In this document: positions 39,522 to 52,100 of the stretch, piece after piece | Position numbering within the stretch: the first letter of the stretch is position 1 | How the letters are laid out: each line of letters opens with the position of its first letter | From: Botryllus schlosseri | Lineage: Eukaryota | DNA: 64,000 bases | Direction of reading: 5' to 3' | NCBI GenBank assembly: GCA_051294905.1 | Contig: CM119372.1 | Span: 3,536,001-3,600,000 of the forward strand | Program-made: the position numbers and the translations under genes | The notes under the pieces: model-generated | Databases searched by the model: none | What the model saw: only the letters and a program-made list of their open reading frames with translations | Told to the model about the DNA's origin: nothing

Positions 39522-41473
39522 CTAAAGAATTAAATCAATATCAATGAACAATCTATGAACATCGTGACCAAAACAAGTATTCCCAGCCGAGAACACCCCC
39601 AGATTACAGCACTGATATACTGATATAGGCGTTGAAACAGTGTATTCCGTGCGTACCCTGCAACTGCTACTATAGTGGGTATTCTGCATCAGAACAGCCT
39701 CGCCAGGCAATTACACAGTTCCATTTAGAACAGATTCATTAATGTACTAATTTACAGAGTTGGTCAAAGTAGTCAAGAAAGCTACTCAAGTAGAAGTAGT
39801 GAAGAAAAAAATCTACTGAAGTACGAGTAGAAGTACTTCTTACATAAGCAACCTAAAACTACTTGAAGTAGAACTGACTGATTTTAAATCTACTCAAGTA
39901 AGTAAGTAGTTGTGAAAATGATCGTAATTCGTTGGCACGGATTGTCAATAGCTACAAATTGGGCTATGCGGAAGGTGTAGAGAGCTTGATTCACATTGAT
40001 GCATCCCAGGAGGTGTCAATTTTTGATAAAATAACCAATCGTCCACATCATGGAATGTTAATAATAGTAATGATATGGAAACGCGATACGAATCCTTTGT
40101 TGCATATTATACATGGCATATGACATAACCGTATAAGGAAGTGTCTTATTTATCAATACTTTTGTGCCTTTCTACGCACTCCACACAGATCCTTGACCAA
40201 CATTCCATAGCATCAGCTAACAGTTACACAACTTCACCAGTTAACCTTAATTCAGAGACCTCTTCTGGTCGGTGGTCGATATCAATCAAAGTCTAGCATC
40301 GCAATTATAACATTCAAAATCGTGATCTATTTAGGAAAATTGCAGTTTCTGAAACTTTTTTTCAGCACACAATAAACTAATTTCAAGTTCAAGAAAATCA
40401 GTTCGCACTGATGGCTTCGCGCCCCCTTCAGATGTTTCCACGCCCGTCAAGGGGGGTACGCACCCAGTATGAGAACCAAGTTATACATACCAGAGTACAT
40501 AGCACTAGTTGATAGCATGCAATGCCAGGATTCCCACTGACTGATATAGAAACAGATAACATGATGTCTAGTCCAAAGTGTGACATGATATATTTAGAAA
40601 TTTAAGTTGACTGTTGTTGCATAATTTATACAAATAGGGCCGTAACTGCCGCACTCCAAACCCCCAATTGAGGGAGGGGCAAGCTCGAAGAGGGATAAAA
40701 ATTATTTCGCAAACCAACAAATTTTATATTTTGTATATTTCATACAACTTCAATATTCCTTCACGCCGCGCTCCATTTACTGTAGGCTAATCGAATGTTC
40801 ACTTTTTAATATGGGTACTCTCAGCGCCCCGAGAAAAAATTACACATAATCTATAAAAATAAATTGGCATTTCAGCGACGGTCATTACCAAGACCAATAA
40901 CATGACTTCTGATGTTAAGGCCAACATACTACCGTACTTTGCGAAGTGTATTACCAAATAAAACCTTGGGCGAAAATGACCGCCGCATTTTGACCGAAAC
41001 CATCAATTGCTTATTGCCCATTGCTCACAGGCGCAGGGACTAGTCCTGCGCTTTCTATCTAAAGTCGCCAACTCCTTCAGTTCTGCCGGTGAATGTTATC
41101 ACGTGGTATGAAAGAGGTTGAAAATTTATTAGCATATTGCCATTACCAATATTACAGACAAAATCCCATCCTGAATATGAAAATTTTTCGCGCTCGGCAT
41201 GACTACATACCTAACAGGGCCCCTATGACAGTAAAACGTGTCTTACTGGTAGTAGCAAAACGTCGACAAGGGGGGTTTATGATCATATGGGGGGCCTAAC
41301 ACCAACATTTAATGGGGGGGCTCACGAAGTAATGTTCTGGCCCTGTACACAGTCATGTTGAGAAGTAATTTATGATTTATTAAAAATGCTAGTGGCTATA
41401 GCTCATTGAAAGGAGATGTTTTGATTTTACCAGACTGTCATCGAAGTCTTACCGCAATGGGATTCCTGCCCAG

Positions 41474-43631
41474 CAGGGCTTTGGAGCAGCCGTAAATTTG
41501 CATTGCTCCAGCTCCGGAGCTTTCTTCTATCATACATTAGCTCCGGCTCCGGAGCCGCATTATTACCACTGCTCCGGCTCCAGCTCCGGCGCTGAAAACT
41601 ATCGAATGGTGTCTGTCTATATCAGGGGTGGGCAACCCGCGGCCTGCGGGCCATATGTGGCCTGCGAGAAGGTTTTGAGTAGCCCGCGAGCTAATTTCCA
41701 ATTATCTTTTGGAAATTCTGTTATATTATCGAAATTGAATTGCTCAGATTGTGAACTTGCAAGGACAACTAAAAATATGATTAGTGATGTTGATGACTAA
41801 AATATCAGTTACGACGCATTGGCAGACCCAGGGTCCAGTCACATTTTTAGTAAATCGTCGTACATTACAATAAACGAAAAAAGTAGTAAAATTTCTCTTC
41901 ACGCCTCGCGTGTGTAATTTTCACACGATTTCTTCCTCTGTAGCCTACCCCCACCTGAAAATGAAAAAAACGCCTGATTTAGCCGATGAGTCAAACTATG
42001 TTCGCAGTTACGAGAGAAACTATTCTCGCGTTTGCGCTCGCAGAAAGATCGTCGCCGATGAAATGTAGGCACAAGATGATTGTCGTATATTAGCGCAAAT
42101 CTTCGATATCGATATGTCCAGATGCCGAATATGATACTGTCCTTTCAAACTGAGCCCAGCGGGCGATATACAGTCGACCCGCAATCTACCCAAGTAGTAA
42201 TAATATAAACTTTGAAAATTTTACGCGCCTGGCGCGGATAGTGGGCAACGCACTCGCTCGTCCATTTCATGTGGCCCTTTAGCCGAAAATATTGGCCACC
42301 CCTGGTCTATATCAATTAATAATTTACCCGTAGGTTAGTTATCTATAGTAATCTAGAGTCTGTCAGCCGTCAGTAACATCGGATGCAGCAACGAAGACAT
42401 AGGTGCCGCTGTGCCGTCTTGTTACGACATAACGAATACTTGTCAATTGTCGATAACATCATAGTTGCACTAGAACGCACTTTGACTTTACTCCATGCCA
42501 TTGCTGTGTACAGCATTAAAATTCTGATGCGGCGTTTTAACACTGGCACTGTACTCGTTAACATTAAGCCATACAGCTCAATTCAATCTTTAAATGTGCG
42601 ATTATTATTCAACTGTAACTGTAGTAAGAGCAATATGGGCGGATATAACGACCTGATCAATAGAAATTCGATTTGTACCAAATGGCCGATGGTTTGACAT
42701 TCGATATTGTTGCACTCGTTACCAGTCCATCCGGTGTAGATCAAGTTTATCGGAATATAATATTTTCCCGTTGAAACGAGTCGAATAATCGAATTAAACA
42801 TTGTCCCATGCACATTGCGCCATGCCCATAACGAATTAAACTATGCAGTATGCACATTAAACAATTACAAGTTTACGAAACAGATGATTACAAATTGGAA
42901 CTCGCATATCAAATCAGTAATTTGTCTCCAACATAAAATGGGGTTTTGGGCTACTCTTCTGCCATCCCCTATTTACGCTAGAAAATCATTACTGCGGAGT
43001 GAATGACGATGATGCGCAGTAATGAATTCCAATTAGCGTGCATAATTGCATACTCAATAACACTTTCCAATTTCGCGGTCCGATTACGAGTATTTGCTCA
43101 TCCGATTCATAGCAACGATGAGATGTAATTTCTCGGCGCGTGCTCGTCATATCGACATGTGCAACGAAATCACGTTTTTATCCTCTGTCCCATTTCGCGT
43201 GATACATAGTGATCATTATTTTCGAACCGTATACAATTGACCAACAAGGTTGTGCTGATGATGAAATTTCGGGTATGCCAAATACCCACAATATTCACAG
43301 GCATATTTCGCATACCGAGGTTCGGTACTAATGTATGAAAATTGAACACTGAACATACGACTGCTCTGCTGTTAATTCCCCAGGAACATGGTTAGTCGGA
43401 AAAAAGAAGCGCCAAAGAAGCAAAGATTCTTAATTTCGCGAAGTTCTGCTGTTCAATTATGTGAAATCAACAGATATGGTTGTTGCATATAAAATAGCAT
43501 CTTATGAAATACGTCGGAGCCGGAGCCACCCCTCAAATAACTGGCTCCAGCTCCGGCTCCGGCTGAATTTTATGTAGAGCTCCGGCTCCGGCAAATATGC
43601 GCGGCTCCGGGGCTCCGGCTCCAAAGCCCTG
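41474..43631. mobile_element. hAT non-autonomous element with GCTCCG subterminal repeats
   Basis: CAGGGCTTTGGAGC...GCTCCAAAGCCCTG; perfect TSD CTGCCCAG. Confidence 0.87.
41623..42304. mobile_element. hAT Charlie MITE, nested
   Basis: CAGGGGTGGGCAA...TTGGCCACCCCTG; perfect TSD GTCTATAT. Confidence 0.88.
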
Positions 43632-45017
43632 CTGCCCAGTGCTATGAATATCAAAGCGGAAATTAAGTATGGTACGGGTAAACGGCGGGAGTGAATGGTA
43701 GCCCGTCACTTCAATCAGTACCCAAGAAGTAGCCCTTAGGTGCAAAAAGGTTGGTGACCCCTGGTCTACACCAATGACATACAATAAAGTGTGTTTTCAT
43801 GAGATTGTAACAATCACCAGCATAAATTATTGTAAAGTCACATTGTCGTATGTACCCACTTCCTTCACTAAATAACGGCTCTGCGCCTATGGCCACTGAT
43901 GCCTGATAGTGATGATTGCCGATTTTGTAGAAGACGATATAATGAAACCGAATAATGCTGCTAACCTTTGCTCGTTGCTTTCATTGCCAAAAACGATGGC
44001 TTCAACATATGACATGTCTTGGTTTGATTGATTACCATCTGAATAATAATATTAAAAATAGAGAAGTGAAATTCGAAAATTCATCATAAAAAATGGATTT
44101 GAAGTACAGATTTGGACTTCGTAACCATAGTAATTGTGAGATTACATATTTTCACGCAAACACATTGTAAAATGCAATATACAAGACACGATATGATATA
44201 TTGAACAAATATAATGCCGAAATGACCATCTCAGGACCACTTTCGGCAATATCAAGTTCTTGAGTGATACGATTCTGAATCGAGTATCTGGCTTTTAGTC
44301 AAGTATCCATCATGACGACACAACAATATGAGGACAATTCACATAGATGCCTTTTGTGCAACCATAAAGAATACAATGCCGGTTCTATATCACAGTAAAT
44401 GTAATTGTGTATTTTTTAATTCATTGTTTTGAAATAGGATCGTTATGATAATAAAACTTCCATCGTAAGATTACCAGCTGGTTGGTGCACTTGTCCAGAG
44501 ATTTCCTGGCTAGAGCCTGTTGTGAAAAGCATTTATTTTTGAATTTAGGGTGTTTATGAGGTTAAAAATTCCATCATAAAACTTACCAGCTGATGGTTGA
44601 TCCACGTGGCTAGTTCCTGCTGAGAAAAACATTTATTTTAGAATTTAGGGTGGTTATGATTGTTATGAGTATAAAAATTCCATCATAAAACTTACCAGCT
44701 GATGGTTGTTCCACGTGCCTAGTTCCTGCCGAGAAAAACATTTATTTTAGAATTTAGGGTGGTTATGATTGTTATGAGTTTAAAAATTCCATCATAAAAC
44801 TTACCAGCTAATGGTTGTTCCACGTGGCTAGTTCATGCCGAGAAAAACATTCATTTTATAATTTAGTGGGTTTACGAGGTTAAAAATTCCATCATAAAAC
44901 TTACCAGCTGATGGTTGTTCCACGTGGCTAGTTCCTGCTGAGAAAAACATTTCTTTTATAATTTAGGGTGTTTATGAGGTTAAAAATTCCATTAACAGCT
45001 GATGGTTGTTCCACGTG

Positions 45018-46025
45018 CACCAGCATATGAGAGTATGATGCGGCGTATGCACGCGCATACAATATACAAGGAGCACCGGTACATATTGAGGCACTTCTTC
45101 GTTATTCCCCACACATCCAGAAGTATACAATTAAATAGTATATTCATATTGAAATGAACCCGAATATTTTCGGCTGACACTCGTCAGGGGTAATCGTCAG
45201 CAACTAGTAGAGAATTGGAAAGAACATTGTATATCAACAATCGTATCACAAAATATGACGTCACCAGCATGAAATTTCGAATGAGAGAGCGTTCAATGTA
45301 CTATTTTTAGGTGGTACACGAACTCCTTTTGTTGACAGAGTTTTGGTTGGTGTATTTATTTAGTAGTAATTGCTTGTATTTCGACTTGAATGTGGACATG
45401 CTCGTCGACTGCCGGATGGCCGGCGGGATTCTGTTCCACACATCAGGTCCGGCATATTTGATAGAGCGATGATCTTTTCGGTCGATCATATGATATTTGG
45501 ACGGCGTGGACGCGCGTGTGTTGTACTTGTGCGCTTTTGATTCAGAGGTAAAGAAGTCATTGAAATATTCGGGGCAACGACCGCAGTGAAGCTGATACAT
45601 AAACTTGGCGATTTCTAGCGGGCGATTTCTAGTTTCCGCATATCTTCTATGTTTAGGACGCCGAATCTCTTCAGCAGCGACTTATAATTGCCTTATAATA
45701 GATTCAAAAAAGACCTACTTGATCACCTCCTGTCGTTATACTACTAACACTGTTGCCCTACCTCGCCCAGACATTGCTTCATTGATCATTTGCTACCATC
45801 GTTTAATTTTTGTTCTATTTTCCTTTTTTAACTAAACATTTTTACAGCCAGACTGTTCAGAGTCAAGTGTACCTGTTTGATGCTGGTGTGATCAGACTAG
45901 ATGACCTTCACGGTGTTATCGACCATTCCTATCTAATACCGAATACTGTGCATGCATATTTTCTGTACCACCATCACTGCCGTTTGTTATGTATTTTGGT
46001 TGGATGAAAATAAAGACTCTCTCTC
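45018..46025 (+). mobile_element. Chimeric non-LTR retro-insertion
   Basis: TTGTTCCACGTG on both sides; ends AATAAAGACTCTCTCTC; contains a Penelope-like piece, an antisense LINE ORF2 end (45350-45661) and a sense LINE end (FKKDLLDHLLSLYY* plus 3'UTR). Confidence 0.7.
45158..45191 (-). ncRNA. Minimal type I hammerhead ribozyme motif
   Basis: ACCC-CUGACGA-G(ugucagc)C-GAAA-auau-UC-GGGU: full core, stem I ACCC/GGGU, 1-bp stem II, palindromic stem III loop. Confidence 0.65.
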
Positions 46026-46839
46026 TTGTTCCACGTGGCTAGTTCATGCCGAGAAAAACCTTCATTTTATAATTTGGTGGGTTTACGAGGTTAAAATTTC
46101 CATCATAAAACTTACCAGCTGATGGTTGTTCCACGGGGCTAGTTCCTGCTGAGAAAAACATCTATTTTAGAATTTAGGGTGTTTATGAGGTTAAAAATTC
46201 CATCATAAAACTTAGCTGATGGTTGTTCCACGTGGCTAGTTCCTGCTGAGAAAAACATTTATTTTATAATTTATTAACACGTCACTCATTGGACCGCACG
46301 TCACTGCTAATTGTACTGGCATGTGAATATTGACTTGTTCACAAAGTGGGGGAATCGCAAACAAGTTTCGGTGCGGCCATTCATGACTGAATGCGTCCCA
46401 GTGGGATACCATGGCATATCTAGTATGACGAATTGTAAATTTCAAAGATTGAGGTCGTTAAGAGAGTGCACTACAACGGCTAATCGAAGGTATTGTTTCA
46501 TCACGCTGTTCTTGGGCGCAGGCTTATTTCATTCTTCGAGTTAGGCAAAGCATGGTAGCGATTGACATCAGGACATGGGTTTATCCGATCATGAAGAGGA
46601 GACGTGCTGGACAGAGATCTATTACATCATTTTATTGACTTCTATGCAGCCTCGTGAACCCTTTCTTTGCAGGCTCCGTTTATGCTGCTGGATGGGCAGA
46701 TGCACTGCACATTACACGCATATATAGGCTATACACGCATATATAGGCTACATTAGTAAACTGTGTTGTTCAAAGCTGGGGAGTATTTCATTCCATGCAA
46801 CTCTTTTTTGCAGTAACTTGTAGTTGGTATCCTTGTCAG

Positions 46840-48432
46840 GCAAGAGGTACGAATGCTAAAAAATGAATTTGAATATGGTAAATCTGATCTTAAAATCACT
46901 GAAATAATCAGAAGAGACGATTCATCCAAACAGCGAGGATGAAACTGTTATCAAGACTCCTCTAACGTGAATATATGACACGAAGAGACTAACGTGAATA
47001 TATGACACGAAGAGAAATCAAACGTGTATGTATACTCAACTGCTACCTTGCTGCTACATGAAAAAGCTTCTATCACTAGTGTTCCCCAGAGTTATGCAAA
47101 TCCAAGCGTAGAACTCAACAGTGAAATAGAAGAATTATCTGGTGGGCGGTGGCCTTTTCAAGCATTTGATATTCACCGGCAAACTCTTGCGGACTTTATA
47201 ACGACTAATTCTAAGCCAAATCAGCTGAATTGGTTTGCAAGAGGTCGTTTAATAAATAATATAACATCTGCTATCTGCACTCAGCCTTGTGAAAATCAAG
47301 ACTCATTTTGTGGATATTTGTGCGAAGACTGTATGGATATTTGTGCGAAGACTGTATAACAAGTTGTGATGGGCAGCATCGTCCATTTCTTTTGAGTAGT
47401 GATGGGCAGCATCGTCCATTTATTTGGAGTAGTGGGAATGATGAAAGCAAATGCACGTATGATATAAAAGATTTGGGACGTATCTGTCATTTCATCATAA
47501 CAAATGGTGTCAAGTGAAGAAGCGAAATTCACAAAAGAGACATTGAAAGTTCTTTCCTGCTAGATTTCGATGAAAAAGAACGAATTTGTTTGTCAAGAGA
47601 ACCTCTTGAAACTATATGATCTGTTACATAATTCTTTCCATGACAATATGGAGCTTTATGAATTCTTACAGCATCCTCTTTTTTGGTCAGACCTGGAAAA
47701 AGAGGATTTTATCACCATTCTGTATGACTCTGTTGGAAGCAACGAAGGATTGTTGTCTGAACTTGAAAGCGACTTTAGGAAAGGGGACTGGATTCCGGAT
47801 CTGAAGCTTTCTTCGGAAGAAAACGACGAAATAATCGATATGAGAAAGAAGGGATTGTCAATCAAGATTCAACAAAAGGCAGAAAAATTGTGTGGACAAT
47901 GATTTATTTGGTAATAAAGCTGACCCTCTAAAACCAGAATAATTCAAAATATTTTGAGTATAAGGTTGATGGAAGTGTGCTAAGGAAGGGAAAAGACTTG
48001 AAGCGACTAGACCAAGCCAAATGGAGTGAGATATTGGATGATGCGAAGACAGAATGTATTAATCATCTTTGCAATCGGTTGACCGAGACGCCATCCTGGG
48101 TAAAGAAAGGTACATCTGCAATTGTTGATGAGAAAATTTATAGGAAAGTTGGTCCCTCTGACGGATACTCTTTTCACGATTTGATGAGATTCATCAGAAA
48201 TAGGAAAGTTCACTGCTGGGAAAACAACAAGAAGTCCGAGTTGGAAAAGGAATACTATAAAGCGCCTGGAAGTTTACTATAAAGCGCTTGGAGATTTTAG
48301 TATTTTTATTCCAGGAGATTTGCAAAGCTACTGATCTTCTTATACCGTCACAAGGATGTATTCCCATGCTACCAAAATGATGAACACTTTGGTAAAAAGG
48401 TTGCCCCAGAGCTTTTTACTATTTTCATGTAA
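46840..48432 (+). pseudogene. Pseudokinase plus KEN ribonuclease gene of the RNase L/IRE1 family, disrupted
   Basis: QTLADFI, DIKDLGRICHFIITNG, DLLHNSFH...LQHPLFWS, DLMRFIRNRKVH, ALGDF/YFYSRRFAKLLIFLY; stops and frameshifts; 5' boundary placed at a cag acceptor and uncertain. Confidence 0.8.
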
Positions 48433-49199
48433 TACGCGCTTATTGGTTATCTATGATACTATTAATTCGACGTAAATTGTGTAAATAGTTGTCTTCGGTT
48501 GTGACATAATACATTTGTATGATGCTGTTTTACATATCGTTTATTCATAAAGAATATACAGTGTCATCGTCGTGCAGAGCTTTAATCTAAACTATATTAT
48601 TTATACTACAAATGTATGTTGCAGCGTTGGACTGACGTGTAGGCACTGTAAGCATCGGCGGTGTTGAACATTTTCGTAAATTAATATGCTTCGACCGTAA
48701 TATGCTTCATGACGATGTGTAGTCCTGGTCGAAAATATTTACGGCATTACTTAGACTGGCTTGCCGAGCTCGAAATTTCATCAAATTGGTATCAATCCAA
48801 AGCTATCATTCACACTCGATCTCACTGCGCACTCACTCCTGTTTTGATGCATACTATTCCAGATGGTATATGCTGCATAACAACGCAAAACTCCGTTCCG
48901 AAGCAAAATTCAAATTCGAGGCTGATTTATGAGGGGTTCCAAGACCACCAACACTAAAAAATTTATATTTTCATAATCAGTGTCGCGGTAGCTTCCGTTG
49001 GCTACCAATTTTGCCGAATTTCGCGCTCGGCGAGCCAGTCAAATGGTGCGGTAAATTATTATTATTATTATTATTGATGAAGTTGAGTGACGCTTTTCGC
49101 CTGCGAGTCCAGGTGCATCACGGACTAGAATGAGCGATCGATATACCAAAATGGGGACAGGCAAGAACCGATTTACAAGTAAGTACCACAAGATACAAA

Positions 49200-52100
49200 T
49201 TCTGCAACATGGGATAACATTTCGGGGAGAACCAGTAGATTTTCGAGTGTTGCAGTGATTTTGATCTCGCGCGTCCCGTCTAATAAAAATTTCCGATGAA
49301 AGTCATATCGATTGCAGTGTATAGGTCGCATAGGTCGGTGTCGCTACATATAATTTTATATAAATGCGCTTTCAGGCGGCAATGGCCTGAACGAAGCCGA
49401 AATATTAATCGTTCGCAAAGCCTATGTCGATGCATCGATGGAAAGTGGCCATCAGTCAATGATCTATGGAAATTTCGATAGTGACCTCCTCGCACATTTC
49501 GTTGATATTCGGCGTTCCAGTGGTCGCTCTACAGCAGACCTGGGCAAAGTGCGGCCCGCGGGCCAAATGCAGCCCGCGAAGCTATTCTGTGCGGCCCGTG
49601 AAAGGTTGCTTGGAAATAAAAACATAAAATGCGTTCCAGGTCGCTCTACAGCAGACCTGGGCAAAGTGCGGCCCGCGGGCCAAATGCAGCCCGCGAGGCT
49701 ATTCTGTGCGGCCCGTGAAAGCCCAACTTCAGTGCGGCCCGTGAAAAGGTTGCTTGGAAATAAAAACATAAAACTTGCTTTTTGAATGACTTTTGCTTTT
49801 TGAATGACTAAAACCATAGGCTTATCAAATGAACAGGAAATTCGTTTACTTTGAAGCCTGTTCAATGTTCATTAATATGCCACGATTACGCTGCCTACGG
49901 ACCTGGCAACGTAATCCAGATTCAAAATAAAGGCAATGTATGAGTAGCAATTGACGTCACAAGAAATCAACTCTTTCCATATAGTTTAGTTCAAACCTCC
50001 TTCCTTGTTGACATTCATTGTCACATTACGCATTATACGGTACGTGTTTCAATTTGTGACGTGATATGTTTCCAAATCCGTAATTCGTACAGTCAATCAA
50101 TGCTCGCGATTACTATATGACTGTGGCTCAATCCTGCCCACCCATACGGGCCATACAGGATTAACGGGCATGTCGAAAAAAATCGAAAACGGAAATTCAA
50201 AGAAGATTGAGGTTTAGAATTTAGAGCACTAAATATTCGCATAGGCCTTGCGCCTACTGGAGTCAAGGGTAAACTCGTCCCTTCAGTTTTTGCCGATCAT
50301 GTCGCCGAGATTAGGGACTTTGGACTTTAATTAAAGTCGGTCCTATGACAAAAGCACGAAGCACTCAGTCAAGGGAGGGCGAAGTTCAGCTTCGCTCAAC
50401 ATAAAGGCTATTTAACCTGTGTACTGCTCGGGCGGCAGCGACCAAGAAAATAAGCTTCGTACTATTGCATATGCATTTCAGTACAGTGGTTCTCGAAATG
50501 GGAGACGTAAAAGCATCAGAAGGGTGGCACGAAGCCGAAGTTTACTGAAAATTTTTTTCGCGCTAAGCGTGATAATTTTTTTCGCGCTAAGCGTGATATA
50601 ACTTGAGCTTGTAGTGGTTGCTATGTGTATTGTCCGACTTTGATATTTCTCATCATCATCATCGGGCATAATCTCCCATGCTCTCAAACTATCCGCTGGG
50701 ATTGCTAGCATTCTGGTGATTTATTCAAAATATTTTGCGATATCATAATAAAGACGCGTGCCTAAAAAAGTTGGACAACCCCTGTTTTAGAGTCTTAATA
50801 GAAGAACGTGGATCGGGTTCAAAGAGACTAAAATGCATCATGTTTAACATTGTTTCGAATCACGACAGCTAATATATATTTGTTTAATTAACCGTCACTT
50901 CCTCATCACGTAACATCAACACATTCACTGATCAGCATTCATTAACACGTCACTTTCACATCAACATATTCACTGAGCAGCATTTATTAACAATGCAGTT
51001 TAAAAGTAAAATTAAAATACGCAGAAAAATATAGCTAAATTTTTTCACTTGGCCCGCCAAAGTATTCATTTTTCTCATTTGGCCCGCGGAGGAAAATAAT
51101 TGCCCACCCCTGCTCTATACAGTATTGTTGTACTTTAACTTTCGTCTGGAAGCGTCTGAGAAGGGGTATTTTCGTTATCGGTCCTGGCAGCTTGCCAATT
51201 TATCGGCTAACTCATTACCACCGGTATCAGCATGCCCCGGTACCCAGGCCAGGACGATTGCGCCTTTCTGAACCGCTCGATTCAGCAAGCTATCACATTC
51301 AAATATAACATTCTGCGTTTGCTGTGCCTGCAAGTTGGTCATAGCGGATAGTACGCTCAGGCTGTCTGAGACAAACAGGTATGTTTGATGGTATGAGCCA
51401 TTCCGACAGATCCATTCTAGAGCGTGGAGAAGATTGATTTTAAGGTGGAACACGGCTGGGAAAAGTTTAGGTGGAACACGGCTGAAACCGGCTCCCTCTG
51501 CTGATTAAGAAGCCGTCAGCGTATATTTCAGTGGCATCGTTATATCGTTCGAATATGAAGTCCAGGACTATGGGTTTATGTGACAGAGGTGCGATATATT
51601 TTTTAATGATTTTGGCAAGGTCTAAATATCAATGTAATGTGATTGCATCAGCCATGGAGGCAAATCTGGAAGAGTTTCTTTCCAGGACAAGGTTATTCAG
51701 GGACTGGACGTTGGTGGCGATGTTGAAGGTAATGAATTTTGGGTTCAAGCACTCCTAATGTTGGATGTTCGTGAGCCTGGTAATGTCTAAGGTGGCAGCG
51801 ATAGTTGAGGCTAAGCTGTTTGTGGCGTAGATGGAGAGGAAGTTCGTCACATGATGATTCCAGTGCACAAATGGGGGTGTTGCGCATTGCTCCGCAACAG
51901 AGGCCGAGAGCTTGATTTCGTATGGTGCGTAACTTGTCCAGATACTTTTTTGGGGGGAAGTTATATGCTGGTAACCCATAGTCAATCAGTGAGCGTATCA
52001 GCGCCCTGAAAAGCTGCAGCAATAGTTTTTCACTCGCTCCCCATGCGGTACCAGTCACGACTCTGATTAGATTCAGTCTGTTGGAGCACTTTTTATAAAT

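Larger units (their letters stand above)
44430..46270. repeat. ~115-bp satellite array interrupted at 45018-46025
   Basis: About 7 units TTGTTCCACGTGGCTAGTTCCTGCTGAGAAAAACAT...AAAACTTACCAGCTGATGG. Confidence 0.88.

Noticed and set aside
44430..46270. CRISPR-like regular repeat
   Set aside because: Whole units repeat with no unique spacers and there are no cas genes; it is a satellite in eukaryotic DNA.
46840..48432. Functional IRE1 gene
   Set aside because: No HRD or DFG motif, no luminal or transmembrane region, and multiple stops and frameshifts.
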